From the NCBI GenBank assembly GCA_012295275.1, contig CM022679.1, forward strand, positions 8,060,001 through 8,124,000: a stretch of 64,000 nucleotides of DNA. The letters run 5' to 3'. The stretch is from Chrysomallon squamiferum. Its lineage: Eukaryota; Animalia; Mollusca. A program made the position numbers and the translations under genes. The notes under the pieces are model-generated. The model had not been told where the DNA came from and did no database searches. It saw only the letters and a list, made by a program, of their open reading frames with translations. Shown piece by piece: positions 1-13,709 of this stretch; position 1 is the stretch's first letter, and each line of letters starts with the position of its first letter.

Positions 1-110
1 CTACTTGAAAAATAATGCATGTGTTATGTTGTGATTTTATTTAAATTTATTTTAATACAGAAAACTTAATTTTATACTTCACTTTATCAGTCACATTTGT
101 ACACAGTATA

Positions 111-362
111 CAGTTAAACACACATTATCCAAAGTGTTTTGGAATTCAAAATTTTTCTGACTTTGGAATAAAAGAGATTGTCTAAATTGGGAGTTAAATA
201 CATATTTCATATACAGTTAATTCAAATAATATGCAAATAATTTTTTTTATAATTTTTGTGCACGAAATAATGTTCGTAAGATCTAAACCACTCAAATCAA
301 TAAGATATTGCAATTTATTGTTGTGGAGATTTTCCGATTTTGGATAAGGAATGTTTAATCTC
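111..362. mobile_element. Non-autonomous Tc1/mariner-pogo (Tigger-like) MITE, degenerate
   Basis: Flanked by TA (109-110 and 363-364). Imperfect ~24-bp TIRs: left cagttaaacacacattatccaaa versus reverse complement of right end gagattaaacattccttatccaaa. No ORF. Confidence 0.6.
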
Positions 363-1254
363 TACTTTGATATTACAATAGACTGTAACTAAACATTTAT
401 GGTATTATTTATAATAATACTACTTTCTATGTCTGGCTTATCAAAGACAGTCAAATATTCAGGGTATACTTTTACTGTCTGTATGAAATGGAATGTAAGT
501 TATATTTTGCTGGAAACAGAGCAGCAGTTCATACATATTACAGGATTATTTAGAAATAGTGACCACTTTCTGTCAGTTGATTGTCACTTGTATTACTGTG
601 TAATAGAAGGTAGAAATAAGGGGGGAAAAAAACCAATAAAATCTGTGAAAATTAATCTGCAAGACAATGATTAACAACATAAATAATTACAAACAATCTG
701 ACAGTCAGAATTTTTTTTTTTAAATCATGCACTCTTTTTACTCACCCAGTATATTCAACCATCTATTCATAGTATCATTGCAAAAAAACAAAAAACAACA
801 ACCCAGCTTTGATAATCAATAACAATGAAAATTTAATGTTTCATTGAATCTTTGTGTACTCTTGCTCTTCTGCATATAGTGAATAGAAAACAACTTGTTT
901 ACATTTTTTGTCACTTGCTAAGCACAGTTGTGATATAAATGGAACGAGCAGGAACACTGTTGTAATTAATAGACTGTAAATGCAGCAACATGCCAGTGTG
1001 TTATTAACCCAGTATTTATCTCCCAGTACAGCTGAAACAAGGAACAAACAATATATTTCATTGCATTTCCCTTATGATCAGCCATTAACTATTGTAGATT
1101 ATATACTTATCATCATGTTTGCAGATATCTGGATGCAACTTGCAGATGTCTGTCAACATAAGATATAAAGAATAAACTAAACAGAGTGTGTGTGTGTGTG
1201 TTTAATTAATGGAACTTTTATTTTTCTTATACTAGATAATGATAATTGTATATG

Positions 1255-1256
<2 letters not shown>

Positions 1257-1310
<54 letters not shown>
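1257..1310. repeat. (GA)n microsatellite
   Basis: Pure GA run of ~27 units; explains the ER/SL-repeat ORFs. Confidence 0.97.
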
Positions 1311-1312
<2 letters not shown>

Positions 1313-2105
1313 AATAAACATGATGGATGAGAAAGGACAACATACACAAAGACACACAATAGCATACACACTCACAAAGATACACATACAAAAACATGCA
1401 CACATAAAACAGTCATGCATTCATACATAAACGAATATTAACTCAAACAGATGCATATATTATATTGCAATGATGAAGATGATGATGATGAAAATTATGA
1501 TTATTATGATTATTATTATTAATATTATTATTATTGCACATTTCAAAGAAATTGGATTATGAACAGAGATCTTGAGATTGGGGGGGGGTGTCTTGTTTAT
1601 CCACATCCCGGGTATAAATCGCGGGGTAGTGGATATTCAGTTTTTTTTTATTCAAGGCTGATATCATTCTCTTTTTGTTGTTAGCCACAACTACGTAAAA
1701 GAAGTCACGTTCACTTTAGCAATGGCGACGCAAAGGAGTTTTGCTCTTTCTGTTGAAAGCTTTACGCTTTCACATCTACTGAAATATCATTCTTTGGTAT
1801 ATGTTTATACATATTTTTCAGATAATTATATTTATGTTTATAATTCTTAAAATATTTAAACTTTCTTGATTTTGACCAAAAAAGGTTAAACGATATTGAA
1901 TTTATGGATGTATTTGTTTTGGTTTTGTTTTTTATTCTGTTTAATATCAAAAGTTTTACTGCTGACAATGTGTTCTAGTTATTTAATTATTATTAAATAA
2001 TAAATGGTATAAAATGGGCAATATTCAATGCATACATTTATTTATAAACAATATATGATAATCGATGAAAAACCAAACGATAACCTTGTTTATTACGTTA
2101 AACAC

Positions 2106-2151
2106 ATGCACGGTTCCGTAATCATAATATGCACGGTTCCGTAATCATAAT
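2106..2151. repeat. Perfect 23-bp direct tandem duplication
   Basis: atgcacggttccgtaatcataat at 2106-2128 and 2129-2151. Confidence 0.9.
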
Positions 2152-3418
2152 ATACCCGGCGTCTGATGTAATACTATATCAAATTCATCGTAAGTACGCT
2201 GCATTAACCTTAAAGCCGGTTGATTTGTTTTTCTATCATAACGTATTAAAATATAAAGGTAGAAGATTGATTTCTTTTTTTTTTTTTTTTTTTTTTACAA
2301 CGCTTAAAGACGTTCTGTTCTGTATCAGTTCGCTTAAGTCTACTAAAACTACTCCGACTTTATTACAAGACCGGTTTTTGTTACTTACAGCAACAATCGT
2401 ATTAGTTAAGAGTAATGACTCAGTAAATCGTGTACGACCCTTGCTCTTTCACCTTCCCCGTGAGAATAACCTCTTTTTCAGCCATACATCACATAAAGCA
2501 TGAATTTCGTGATTTCTTTTGTCCATGGTATTTCAGGGGTGACTTTATTGTGGGTCTGCATCCGGAAACCGTTAATGGCGATGATAAATACTAACAAAAA
2601 TAGTATTTCGTTTATTTTGAAAACAAATTTACAAATCAATGCGTGTCGGATATTTTTTTAAATTTTTTTTTATATAATCAAACCGGATTTCCTCGTACGT
2701 CACTTGTGAATGTCCAAAGTAAAGAATTATGAATGATAAGGAATAAGTTCATTTTACTTCCTACAAAGGAATAATTTATAACAGTGAAACTGATGGATCG
2801 CTTACTTTAATATTTTGCATAAAAAAAAAAAAAAAAAAAAAATAAAATAAAATAAAAAAAAAACTTTACCAGTAGAATCAAACTAACTTGAAATATATTG
2901 TCTATTCATTATGAACTTCCTGCGTTAAACGTCAAATACTGAATATTTTTTAAGATAGATATAACGGTTTAAAGAATAATAATAATAAAAATAAATAAAT
3001 AAATAAATAAATAATAATAAAAATTATATGAAAACAAAACTGTCATATCGAACCTTGGAGGATAACATGTCCGTAGTAAATATGTTAGTATGTATGTGCA
3101 TATAAATCTATCATATCTGTGAATCTCTCTCTCTCGTGTATGAAGATATATTAATACGCACACATACCCGCACGCAGAAACATTAATCGTATTTTTCAAA
3201 AAACATTTACACAAATGATCATTAGTTACTGCACGTACTTCACCCTCTGATAGCTGATGGACCGAGAAGACTAAAATCTCGAGTTACTCAAAAACAACAA
3301 TTATTTTTGTCTGGCAGAAACAGATACTCGTAGTTTCATTCATTTGTGTGAATTTTCAGTTTTCATCAGAGTTTTAACGTGATCAAATGTACTAGCGGAT
3401 AACACAGTCAAATATAGA

Positions 3419-3566
3419 GATATCCATATCTGGATATAGTTTTTTTTCTGAAAAATACTATATCCATATTTGGATATAGTTTTATCTAAAAAATACTATA
3501 TCCATATTTAGATATAGTTTTATCTAAAAAATGACTATATCCATATTTGGATATAGCTTTTCTAAA
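3419..3566. repeat. Minisatellite, 4 x 38-40 bp, each unit carrying a hairpin
   Basis: tatcca marker at 3421, 3461, 3499, 3538. Unit core actatatcca-tatt-tggatatagt is a 10-bp inverted repeat with a 4-nt loop. Confidence 0.9.
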
Positions 3567-5352
3567 CAATATAGCATGATGTTGAAATTCCTTTATAATG
3601 ATTCATACAGTTTGCAAAATATTTTGTTTGCAGGTGTCGCTGGCAGATGTCCATTTGATGTGACCTGACGGCATTATCGAGATAATTTTATATTTTGTTT
3701 AGCAGTATGGATTGTTTACGATTTGGCTTTGTGTCAATAAGTGTTTGTGTTTCAATTTTAAATGTTAAATACACAAACGAATGAACAAACACACAAACGA
3801 ATGAACAAACAAACAAACAAACAGGCAAGCAATCAAAGAAACAAGCAAATAATTTTAAATAAACTAATTTCAGAACATGATTTTTTTTGATTTCGCAAAT
3901 AGTATTGCTTACCTTTTATGCTATATGCAATTACCTTTATGTGTATTATTTAATTCGGTTCCAATACTAACAAATGCAATGGAATGTTAATATCAAAATG
4001 AATAAAATAAAATAAAACAAAATAAAACAAATAAATAAATAATAAAAATGATGGTCATAATAATATCTTTTTAAAAATCGCTTTTACGATCTTTAGCTGT
4101 CTTCCAACTGTATTCACAGCTGTGACCGACACTGAAAACACTTGTGAAGTATTTTCGTGTATTTGTGTCGTAATATTTCACTATGTCCTGGACATTTTTT
4201 CACGTGCATTTAACAAGGTCTACATCAATGTCATGGCGGATTGCCTTTTCTGTGCACATTTTCGCCTCCCTCATGAATATGATTGGTTTTTTTTCTTTCT
4301 TAAATTCAATTATTTTCAGAAAATATATCGCTCCATCAAAAACAGTTAATGATGACGTATGTAAAATATTAAATTATTCAAGGTTTTAAATACTTCACAT
4401 GTACGAATTTAATCTATCTGTCAAACGGATGAAATGTTTGTAGAGAACGGGGGAAAAAGAATAAAAAGTAAAAATCGATAAAGTAATTCTGTTCTGATAT
4501 TGATGTAAAATGTCATATTCAATCATTATTTTCATAAAAATATACTAAAATAATCCACTACAAAGTAAGATTCGCTCTTCAAGATTTCGATTGATTCACA
4601 TGAATTTGACTGCACACAAGCAGAAGCACCGAATGTGTTATTTGTTCGACTGTTACAGGGTTTCGAGTTATTCCTGTTAAAATATAGTTTAGCTCACGGA
4701 AACTATTTTGAAAACTTAGTCTACTTTTTAAATATACTCCGTCAGCTTACGTATTTCCTTTCAAGGTGTTAAAGAATGTTCAGTTTGGCCTCGTGCCCGT
4801 AGAAAGGATAATTAAGGAATACAGAATCCAAGGATGTTAAGAGAAATAAATAAATAATTGAATCTGAAGAAATGGTCATACAGAAAACGATAAAAATAAC
4901 GGTGACATTTAAAATAAGGTGTCATTAAATATTCATTAACTTTTTTTTATTTGTTGTTTTATATTGTGCATCATAACTGTTTAATGTGTAGCAAAATGAA
5001 TGAAGAAAAGTCATTATTATAATCTACAAGCACTTTCTAATGCAAGTAACATAAATTTTAATTATCAGCATTTTACGATTGTTTTTTTTTTTTTTTAAAG
5101 TACATTTCATGTGGTAATGTTATCGATTATCTGTGTAATGGTTTATGGATTCTGTCGGTTGCTGCTGCACTGATTCCACAAAATTCCTCTCAGTCTGGTT
5201 TTCTGTCTCCATGAATCATCTCGACCTCTCTTCAGTTTCTCATTTGAGGTCGACCTCACCTCCATATACGCTCTGTATTTCTATAGCTGCCATTACGAAT
5301 ACGTTATTATTCTATTTTTTCTCATTTTCATATCGACAGATATCAGAAAACA

Positions 5353-5410
5353 GGCTCGTTGGCGCAGTGGTTAATCCACCCCTACCCACCTACTGGGGAG
5401 TTGTACTACC
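5353..5410 (+). mobile_element. Possible remnant of a tRNA-derived SINE head
   Basis: ggctcgtTGGCGCAGTGGttaa matches a Pol III A-box (5360-5370). No recognisable B-box or cloverleaf follows. Confidence 0.3.
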
Positions 5411-5739
5411 ATTACACACTCGTTCTCTTCTTTTTTTAACCATCATCCTAACCCAAGCTTCTGTGTTACATCCAAGACTCATAATTCTTGATAATTCAGT
5501 GGATGTAAACACAAGTCAAGTGGTTTACTGACCTACGTCAAAAGAACGCGATAATGAAAAATTACTTAGCTAGCTATTCTCGGAACGTAGTCAGTTCGCT
5601 CGTATTGTCACGTTAGAATCTTAGTGGATTGGTTAGGGAACAGCCGATTAGTTCTAGATGGATGTTAAAACAAAGATTAACAATCGAGCTATTTATCAGT
5701 CATTGGGCAGAGTTTAAATCTTGCTAAAACGATCTAGAA

Positions 5740-6030
5740 GACTTTGCGCAAGTCTGTATTAGATAAATACTGTGAAGAGAGGTGAAAGCCTAATAGTCTA
5801 CACTTTGTAGGCAGTGTTAATGGAGAGAAGCGACGTATACCTATCTATCTTGCACTTCGTAGGCAGTGGTAGACAATTAGAAGAGACAATTAGTCTATCG
5901 GCCTTACATTTCGTAAGCATTGTAAATAACTAGAGAGAAGTGACGAATATCAATCTTACATATCATAGACTGTGCAGATAATTAAAAGACGTACACTGGT
6001 TTTATATTTCATAGACATTATTAGAAAAAG
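5740..6030. repeat. Degenerate ~52-bp tandem repeat, ~5-6 units
   Basis: Recurring ca(c/t)ttcgtaggcagtg-like marker at ~5801, 5853, 5907, 5959, 6005. Confidence 0.6.
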
Positions 6031-6189
6031 AAAAGATACATTTAACTCTTCATGAATAAAATGTTCGAGAATTAGTTAACTATTACACCTAGGGTAAATC
6101 AGTAAAGTATCACTTTAAATACAGATCATCGTAGAAAATTTAAACCTGCACATTCTTTAATTTTCTGCTAATAGTAATACAAATTTTAA

Positions 6190-6254
6190 AAAAGAAAAAA
6201 TAAATGTCCAGAACAAAATTACACACAGAATCCAAAATATTTAAGCGGTTTATT
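6190..6254 (-). terminator. Candidate fascin polyadenylation signal (implies ~2.3-kb 3' UTR)
   Basis: AATAAA on minus strand at 6254-6249, followed by a GU/U-rich tract (tctgtgtgtaattttgttct...tttattttttcttttt). Confidence 0.35.
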
Positions 6255-6491
6255 CCCAAAATGAGTTTTAAACATATACATGTATAACATTAATTGGTTT
6301 GGTATCACTGTAAAAAAAACGGACATCAAACTTGAGCAGCTAATAAACATTACGTCATATCATTGGCTGTTTCCATGACATCAAGAACGTCAACCGTACA
6401 TTTTCTAAGAACATCAGACTGGTTATCATACTTCACTTGCCATAACGTATTTCCAGAAAAATTAAATAATAATAATAATAATAATAAAAAA

Positions 6492-6532
<41 letters not shown>

Positions 6533-8535
6533 TCTTAGAAGTTTATAAAACTGATATAAATAAGCCACTTCACACACAAATGATTTCCAGACACTGTTCA
6601 GTTAAGCTATACTTAAACAAGTAATTTTACATGGCAGTATGTACAAGCAGAGCAATTCTCGTGAAGGGAAAAATCGCAGATCTCCCATCGCCCTCCTCCG
6701 GACACGCAGTCCTGTACAATACAAGTTATTCAAACTAAAACTTCGTGACTGACAACACACAGAATCGTGCCCAAAGGGAGAATTACCCTGCACTAATATT
6801 ACTCGAAACAGTTGTATAATTACTTTATCCTCAACACAGCATTACAAACAGTTTTGAAAACTTTTAACAGATGCTCAAAGAGACCGCAAAGATTTAATAT
6901 CCCGATTTTGAAATATAATTATTTGTGCACGGTGTTACATATTTTAATGTGCTAAACATTTTTATTACATTTTCAGGTTTCTTTCATTACACATGCCCGC
7001 TGGCTTTTTTCATTGATGTATTGTTTTTGTTCCATTGTTCTTGGGGGGGTTTTCTGTTGTTTTTTATGATTTATCTTATTCATTCACTTTCTATTCTTGC
7101 AATCTATGCAAACGTTCCTTCCTACAAATCAGCAACATCCAACCATACTGTTATTAATATATATTAATTTATATATGTATATATATATATATATATATAT
7201 AAAATAAAAAATTAATTAATTAATTAATTTTTTTTTTTTATTGCATGGTAGCTGAAAACATATTTTACAAAAACAGAACACTACAATAGCATCCAATTCC
7301 CAACTCACACGATTTGTCCAGAACATCAAATATTCCAATTATCAATTATGCTACTGCCTATCCGACATGGTTCTGAACCAGTTCTAAAACATCTCTGTTG
7401 CGTTTAAAACCGAAGCTGTGATTACTGATTATTAATAAATAAGAAGAAAAAAAAAAAAAAAAAAAAAAAAAAGGAAAAAAACACCAAATAATTTCACCAT
7501 TCAATGATGTTACAAAATGTCAACACATATATCCCATACTACCATGTAGTAAAATAATTTCTTCTGGAAAATGCATAGGTTTATCTCGTGTTGGTCCGTT
7601 TGTATACGTATATAAAAAGTCAATTTAGAAAGAAATAAAATAAAACTCTTGGTCCAGTTCGTGAATCTGCCTGGGAAATTTTGAAAATAAATAAATAAAC
7701 AAAAATATATATAGTAATAAATATACATGTGCTGGGGTAACCTATGAGCACCATGCAAATAATGCTTGTCGTGACAAGGGCACGTGATCTGGATAATTTG
7801 TGTTATAAAAACGGAAATGACGTCATATGCAACATTGGGCTGGAACCAGGCACAAATTCATTTTTAAAACTGTACAATATACATACACTGAACGAGATGT
7901 AGAAAATTGGTAATGAAAAATATCGAGCAGCGAGTAAATGACATACAATGTATACTCTGAACAAACACTAACGTAAAAGACATTGCGTTAATTTCGTGCT
8001 GGCAAGATGGCCGCTGGAATGTGCGATTTGTCAAGTTGTTACATTCTGAATCCAAAATCATATAACAGAAACCAGATAAAGAATTTTCTCAGGTTAATTT
8101 TTTTTTTTTTAACATTTTTAAAAATTGTGTTCATTTTTTTTTTTTTTAATTCAATTTTACTACTCTTTTTTTTTTCTCTCTGTCTTTCTCTCTCTCTTTT
8201 TTTCGATCAGTAACAATTTTCTCTTTACCCGAGTGCCTGATTTCACCCCTTCCCACAAAAGAAGAACGTATACAAAAGTTGTATAAAGAAATAGAAATTA
8301 AAAAAAAAAAAAATTAAAAACCAATGATGCAATATCTTCAGCCGTAGATGACAACGTATAATCAATAAAAAGTGTAAAAATCTGATCCCCACATTTTGAG
8401 CGGATTAACACCGCATATTCCCTTGTTTGTTTGTTTGTTTGTTTGTTAGTTTCGAGTCTCAGACAGAATCCAGACATTAATAAACAGTGAGCCTTCTGGA
8501 AGTCTGCTGCAGTTTAAGCTAGCCTGCTGTCCGGA

Positions 8536-8762
8536 CTAATACTCCCAGATGAGTGACGAATCGAACGCGCCCGTTTCTTCGTTTGCTTTGCCGATAGCCT
8601 TGAATAATCCGTTCTGGTGACTCTTGATGTAACAGCCGTTTGGCGCCATTATCGTCATGATGGACACGCCGCGGAATTCCAGGAGGAACTGGGTGGTAGG
8701 ATTCGAGCAGTCTGCTATTACCGAGTTGTCAGCCGTCAGAGACCAGTATTTGCCGTTCAGAC
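8536..8762 (-). CDS. FSCN1: Fascin, coding exon 4 of 4 (terminal)
   Basis: Acceptor tttttcAG at 8764-8763, phase 1 matching exon 3. Encodes (G)LNGKYW...FLLEFRG...NGCYIKSHQNGLFKA...LIWEY*, the typical fascin C-terminus. Stop TAG at 8538-8536. Confidence 0.95.
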
Positions 8763-9044
8763 CTGAAAAACACGACAATTTCTTCAGTGAAATATGCTAT
8801 AGAACGTTAATATTATAAAGCATTATGATACTGGCTGGAAAACGTTAAAAAAATAAGAAGAAGTAATAATAATAATAACAATAACAATAATATAAAAACT
8901 GGTGCATATTTCTCACTTTGAAATCGTACTTTAGTAACTGCATCATAGTTTTACGCAACTGAGAATATTTTCATTCATTCATTCATTCATTCATTCTTTC
9001 TTTCTTTCGATTTTTTTTTGTTTCAACAGCTCTAAATGCTCTAC

Positions 9045-9343
9045 CTCTCAGATGATAATATCCATTGTTTGCTCCCTCGAGGAATATGACTTGGTAGGCG
9101 GACTTATTGCACACGTACTCGTTGCTACTGGTCGACTTGAAGCCAACGAATCCGTGTTCACATCTGAGAATCAAGATGGGGCGGTTGACGATTCTCACGT
9201 AGAACTTCTCCTTGTCCGTCACGGTGTCGCTCTTGGCCTCCAGGTGTCCAGTCTGACGATTGGCGAGATATTTACCGTTGTCAGCCTTCATCGCTACAGA
9301 ACCATCACCTCCCCATTTCAGTTCAAACAGGGACTTTTTTGAC
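9045..9343 (-). CDS. FSCN1: Fascin, coding exon 3 of 4
   Basis: Acceptor tacacAG (9345-9344), donor G|GTAG (9044). Encodes SKKSLFELKW...MKADNGKYL...IVNRPILILRCEHGFVG...YYHLR, the beta-trefoil 3/4 signature NRPxxxLRxEHGFxG. Confidence 0.95.
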
Positions 9344-9574
9344 CTGTGTATAAAACCATGTGAAGACGTGTGTTACTTATTCATTCGTTAAATGTCTACA
9401 TTTAAAAATAAAAATATATATAAAGCTGAAATCTGGTTAATATATATTAATATAATAAAAAATATTTATGTAAACGCACAAAAACACAAACACATACGAT
9501 GGTACATACATATATCGATACAAACACAAACACGTGATTTTGTTTTTTTAAATAAATAAGTGAGATAGCGAGGC

Positions 9575-9716
<142 letters not shown>

Positions 9717-9740
9717 AACGAGTACTCTATTTATACTTAC

Positions 9741-9900
9741 ACATCTGTCTCGCCAGACTGAATTCCTCCAACTGCCTCCAGAGTCCAGAGTGTATTGTCC
9801 ACACAACGAATAGACCAGAGGTCCAGTTTCTTATGATACTCGAGTTGAAATATCTCCTTGTCTCCCTCTTCTTCGGTCTGGTTTGCAGACACATCCTTTC
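9741..9900 (-). CDS. FSCN1: Fascin, coding exon 2 of 4
   Basis: Acceptor gtttgcAG (9902-9901), donor GT|GTAAGT (9740). 160 nt, phases 1/2 fit both neighbours. Encodes (G)KDVSANQTEEEGDKEIFQLEY...WSIR...WTL...GGIQS. Confidence 0.95.
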
Positions 9901-12900
9901 CTGCAAACACAGACAGCAAAATCTTAGTAAACAACAATAACAACAACAAAAACAACAACAAAACAAAACCACTAGAGAATTACACTGTCTGCAATTGTCA
10001 TCAACATCCTTGTTGACTCAAGCCGGAATCTACCAGTTATTAGGGTCGTACAAATCAGTTCACTGTCGAAGAAAATGATAAATTGCTGCTGCAGTCAGGC
10101 AAGTGGACCTCAAACTGGGATAAACATTGATACTTGATACACGTATCTGGCATATTATGAAAGAATAATGAGAAGGCGTGTTTTTTTTCTTTTTCTTTTT
10201 TTTTTTTTTTTTTTTTTTTGAATGTAAGCAGAAGAAGCCAAACGACACAGCCAGTAAAAATATAGATTAAACAAAAACGACAGTCTGTATAACAGTGTTT
10301 AGGATTATCGATAGATTAGCGCAAAAGGTCTATACTGTGTTCAAGGATGATGTCAACCTCGTGTCAGGAATGAGGATGCGGTCACAGAGCAGTAATTCCG
10401 TGTATTACCACTGCGATGACAGTGACTAACGAAAACACGTCAAATGAGCGTATAAATCGCTTTTAATCTGTTCTCCAAGCGCAAAGTTTAGTAACGTTTT
10501 AACACGATCCAGATTCACCTGTTAGCCTCGTTACATGATTAATTTAATAGCGATTTTATTATCTTCTGAAAAAAATATTAGCTGAAAAATAAACTAGCTT
10601 TATATTTTATTAAAAAATAAAAAAAAAAAAAAAAAAAAAAATCATCTAGTGCTTTATATTTTTTTACACGTTAATCATAGGTCCTGCCAAAAATAATTTT
10701 TGTTACAGTAATTTAAAATTTTATCTGCGACTGCCAACATATCTATGCTTCTTCTTTTAACAAAATATTATGTATCGGAGGGACAAAAAAAATAAAAGAA
10801 AACATTGATAATCGGTATATTTGTTAACAGTTTTATCAACATTCCATCTATTCCATACATTTTTTTTTTTTTTTTTTTTTTAAATGAAAAATAATTCTTG
10901 GGAGAATTACAGATTTCCACGTTTTAAGCCAACAAAAATGCTTTTTCCTGTCAAGGTTTATCTAATGGCTCGAACATGTATCACGTAGGTTGTTTAATAT
11001 CGCCTTGTATTGTTGTACTGTTTATCAAATGTTCTATTGTCTATTTGCGAGTGATAAAAACCACTGTTCGTGCCTGTGCGAAATCGTGCATTAATCCAGC
11101 CTCGCTAGGAATGTTCAATGTGTTCATGAGATACCCTCAAAACTAACTTCTTCACTCATGTAGATTTACCAAGTCAATATTGTTTTTTATATCGCGATGA
11201 GCGTTCAAAGACAGAAGTTGGCAAAATGCTGCTCAAATGATATTGAAACAACGCGAACATCATACAGAAAGTAATAAGAGAGAAAAGCAGTGCTGGATTT
11301 TTTTTTGCGTGTGAAGTATTTCAAAGAGAATCACTGTAGATCATTCTTCTGGATCATCCGATAAACTACTAACTCGGTGTCTCATGTTTAAGACGCATGC
11401 GCCGTTTCTGCGCAAAGCCTTTGTTTTTGACGTAAAAGATCGTCATTACTTTTTTTTTGTATTCTTTACGAGGCCTCAGATATAGTTTATGAACATTTAT
11501 ACCGTATCTGTGAAAACGTATATTTTCTTCATGTCTGATACAGCAATGTAACTATATTTAAATAAATGAGAATGTTTGAGGAAAATAATTATCAGAAATA
11601 AACGTTGAAATAGCACATGAAAGGTCAGTTTGTGTAGAAATATATTAACAAGTGTATTTTTATTTATTTTAGTACCTCTCTATATCAAAGAAAAAATCAC
11701 TTCAGTAACAAAAGTGGTCATTTCCTGACAAAGTGTTTCGGATGATAGTTATTGTTATTGCAAATGTAATTATGTCAAAGCGCATGGATTTACTAAGTGA
11801 TGTAGGCCTATATCGTGCTCGCAAATATTTAGAAGAAGTTTTATCTAACATAATATAAATGATATGATGTAACATTAATCTTCACTCTCTAAATGAAATA
11901 ATACAGTTTACGAAATGCTTAGTACTGAGTCATTGTTTTGGTTAATTATGTCTCCTGCTCAGTTTTTTTCCGAGTTAGTGAAACTCTTCCATTGTGCAAA
12001 TAGTCATGAACATTTGAAGTATTTTGTTTAGACACTTTAAAACAACAACTCATTCACAAGCGTCTCTTACAAGGGATGTCCACGATCAGGTGTTTTCGTA
12101 GACTGGTGCTGGTTTTCGTTTCAGTTTTTTTTTAATTTTTGTCTAGTACAACGTGTGCATGAGAGACTGAAACACATTATGATACAGATTCTGTTAATCT
12201 TTCTATAATCGCCTGATTCCTTCGCTTTAGGTCTACTCTTTGCAAATAATTATGATACTTCGTTAATTTAATTTAATACTCAGGTATATTACACGTAAAA
12301 TAAATATATATAATTATAGAACTTTTGATATAAAAAAAAAAAATACACCAAGCATATTTCATTTCTCACATTCGAGGACGTGCATACCCAACTATAAAAT
12401 GTCGTTTTTTCACAGCTCTAATCGCTAATTAAATACGTCTTTTTAAAAACAGATATATCCCTTTGCTGTCTAGATCGCGTACGTGCACGAGCCGGTAATC
12501 CAATTACACTTCAGACAGCGAGCGTCTAAGTTGTAGATGGCATCAGGAACAAGCTCTCGTCTTTTTTTGTCTCTGCAAAGTCGAAACAACTGTGTTCGAC
12601 GTATCGATCCGCGACAACGAGAAAGCAGCGCCTTCGCGGTGACAGGGCAGACGCACTTGTTTGTTGTAACTCTTCAGTGTTTTGAAATAACAAACATTCT
12701 CTCGAGATTCGCAGACGTCATTTCTTTTTTTCTTTTTCTCTCTCTTCTTTTTCTAACGCGTTTGTCGTTTCCTTTATTTCTCGATCTGCTCACACGATTA
12801 TTGATATACGAAACGAAGGTACATAATGGTTTTGACTGACTTTTCGGTTTAAAGTTCTTCTCCTCCTCTCATTGATTGACGCTTTACAGAATAAACTGAA

Positions 12901-13671
12901 ATTAAGGTGTTAAACGCTGGATGGTATGTGCATGCCATGACCATTCACAGTAGCCGGATATGTCATGGGATATCGTGAATAATAAATAATCAAAATTTTA
13001 TTTTAATTCTACTGATATATACGTATAGGTGTATGTATATATAAATATACATACACAGAAACATTATAGAGTAAAGATAAACCTCACACATTAAAAATAT
13101 TCGAAATGAAGAAACCACATGCTGGGACACTTTACGACAACAAATTTTCCTCGCAGAAATGTTGCTGTTAGTTCGCGGCGACCCAGCTAAGACGATGGAA
13201 ACTGTAGAGTCGATGTATTTACTTCAAGTACTGCTGAAGACTGCTACTGGAAGGCAAACAACAGTCTTGTCGTATTGTGTTACTGTGTTAGCAGGAAAGC
13301 CAGGCGTGGGATGAACTGTGCTACAGTTTCTTGTTTTGCATCGCCAGAGGCCGACTTAAAAACCTGATTATGTCAAGCATGTGTTTTTCTTTTTTTTTTT
13401 TTTTTTTTTCCTTCTTCTCTTTCTCTCGTCGTTAAACTCTGAAGTCTGGAAATTCTATTCTAAAGATTTTATTTATTGATTTTATTATATTTTATCTAAA
13501 TGTGAAGAAGAATATAAAAGAATAAGATTTCCATGATGTGCTATGATAGTATCAGTTTAGCTAGATACCAGTCTACCTATCGATCTGCCTACCCATTCCA
13601 TTCTACCCTTTACATCAGAAATTATATAAACCAGAAATAAAAAAAACAAAAACAAAACACACACAGAAACA

Positions 13672-13709
<38 letters not shown>

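Noticed and set aside
1177-1430. Short ORFs with ER/SL, poly-K, poly-N, poly-I or poly-L repeats here and elsewhere in the window
   Set aside because: They are translations of microsatellites and homopolymer runs.
3419-3566. CRISPR-like palindromic repeat array
   Set aside because: Linkers are short, near-identical A/T tracts rather than unique spacers. There are no cas genes and the context is eukaryotic.
5353-5430. tRNA gene
   Set aside because: Only an A-box-like motif is present; there is no B-box (GTTCRA) or cloverleaf.
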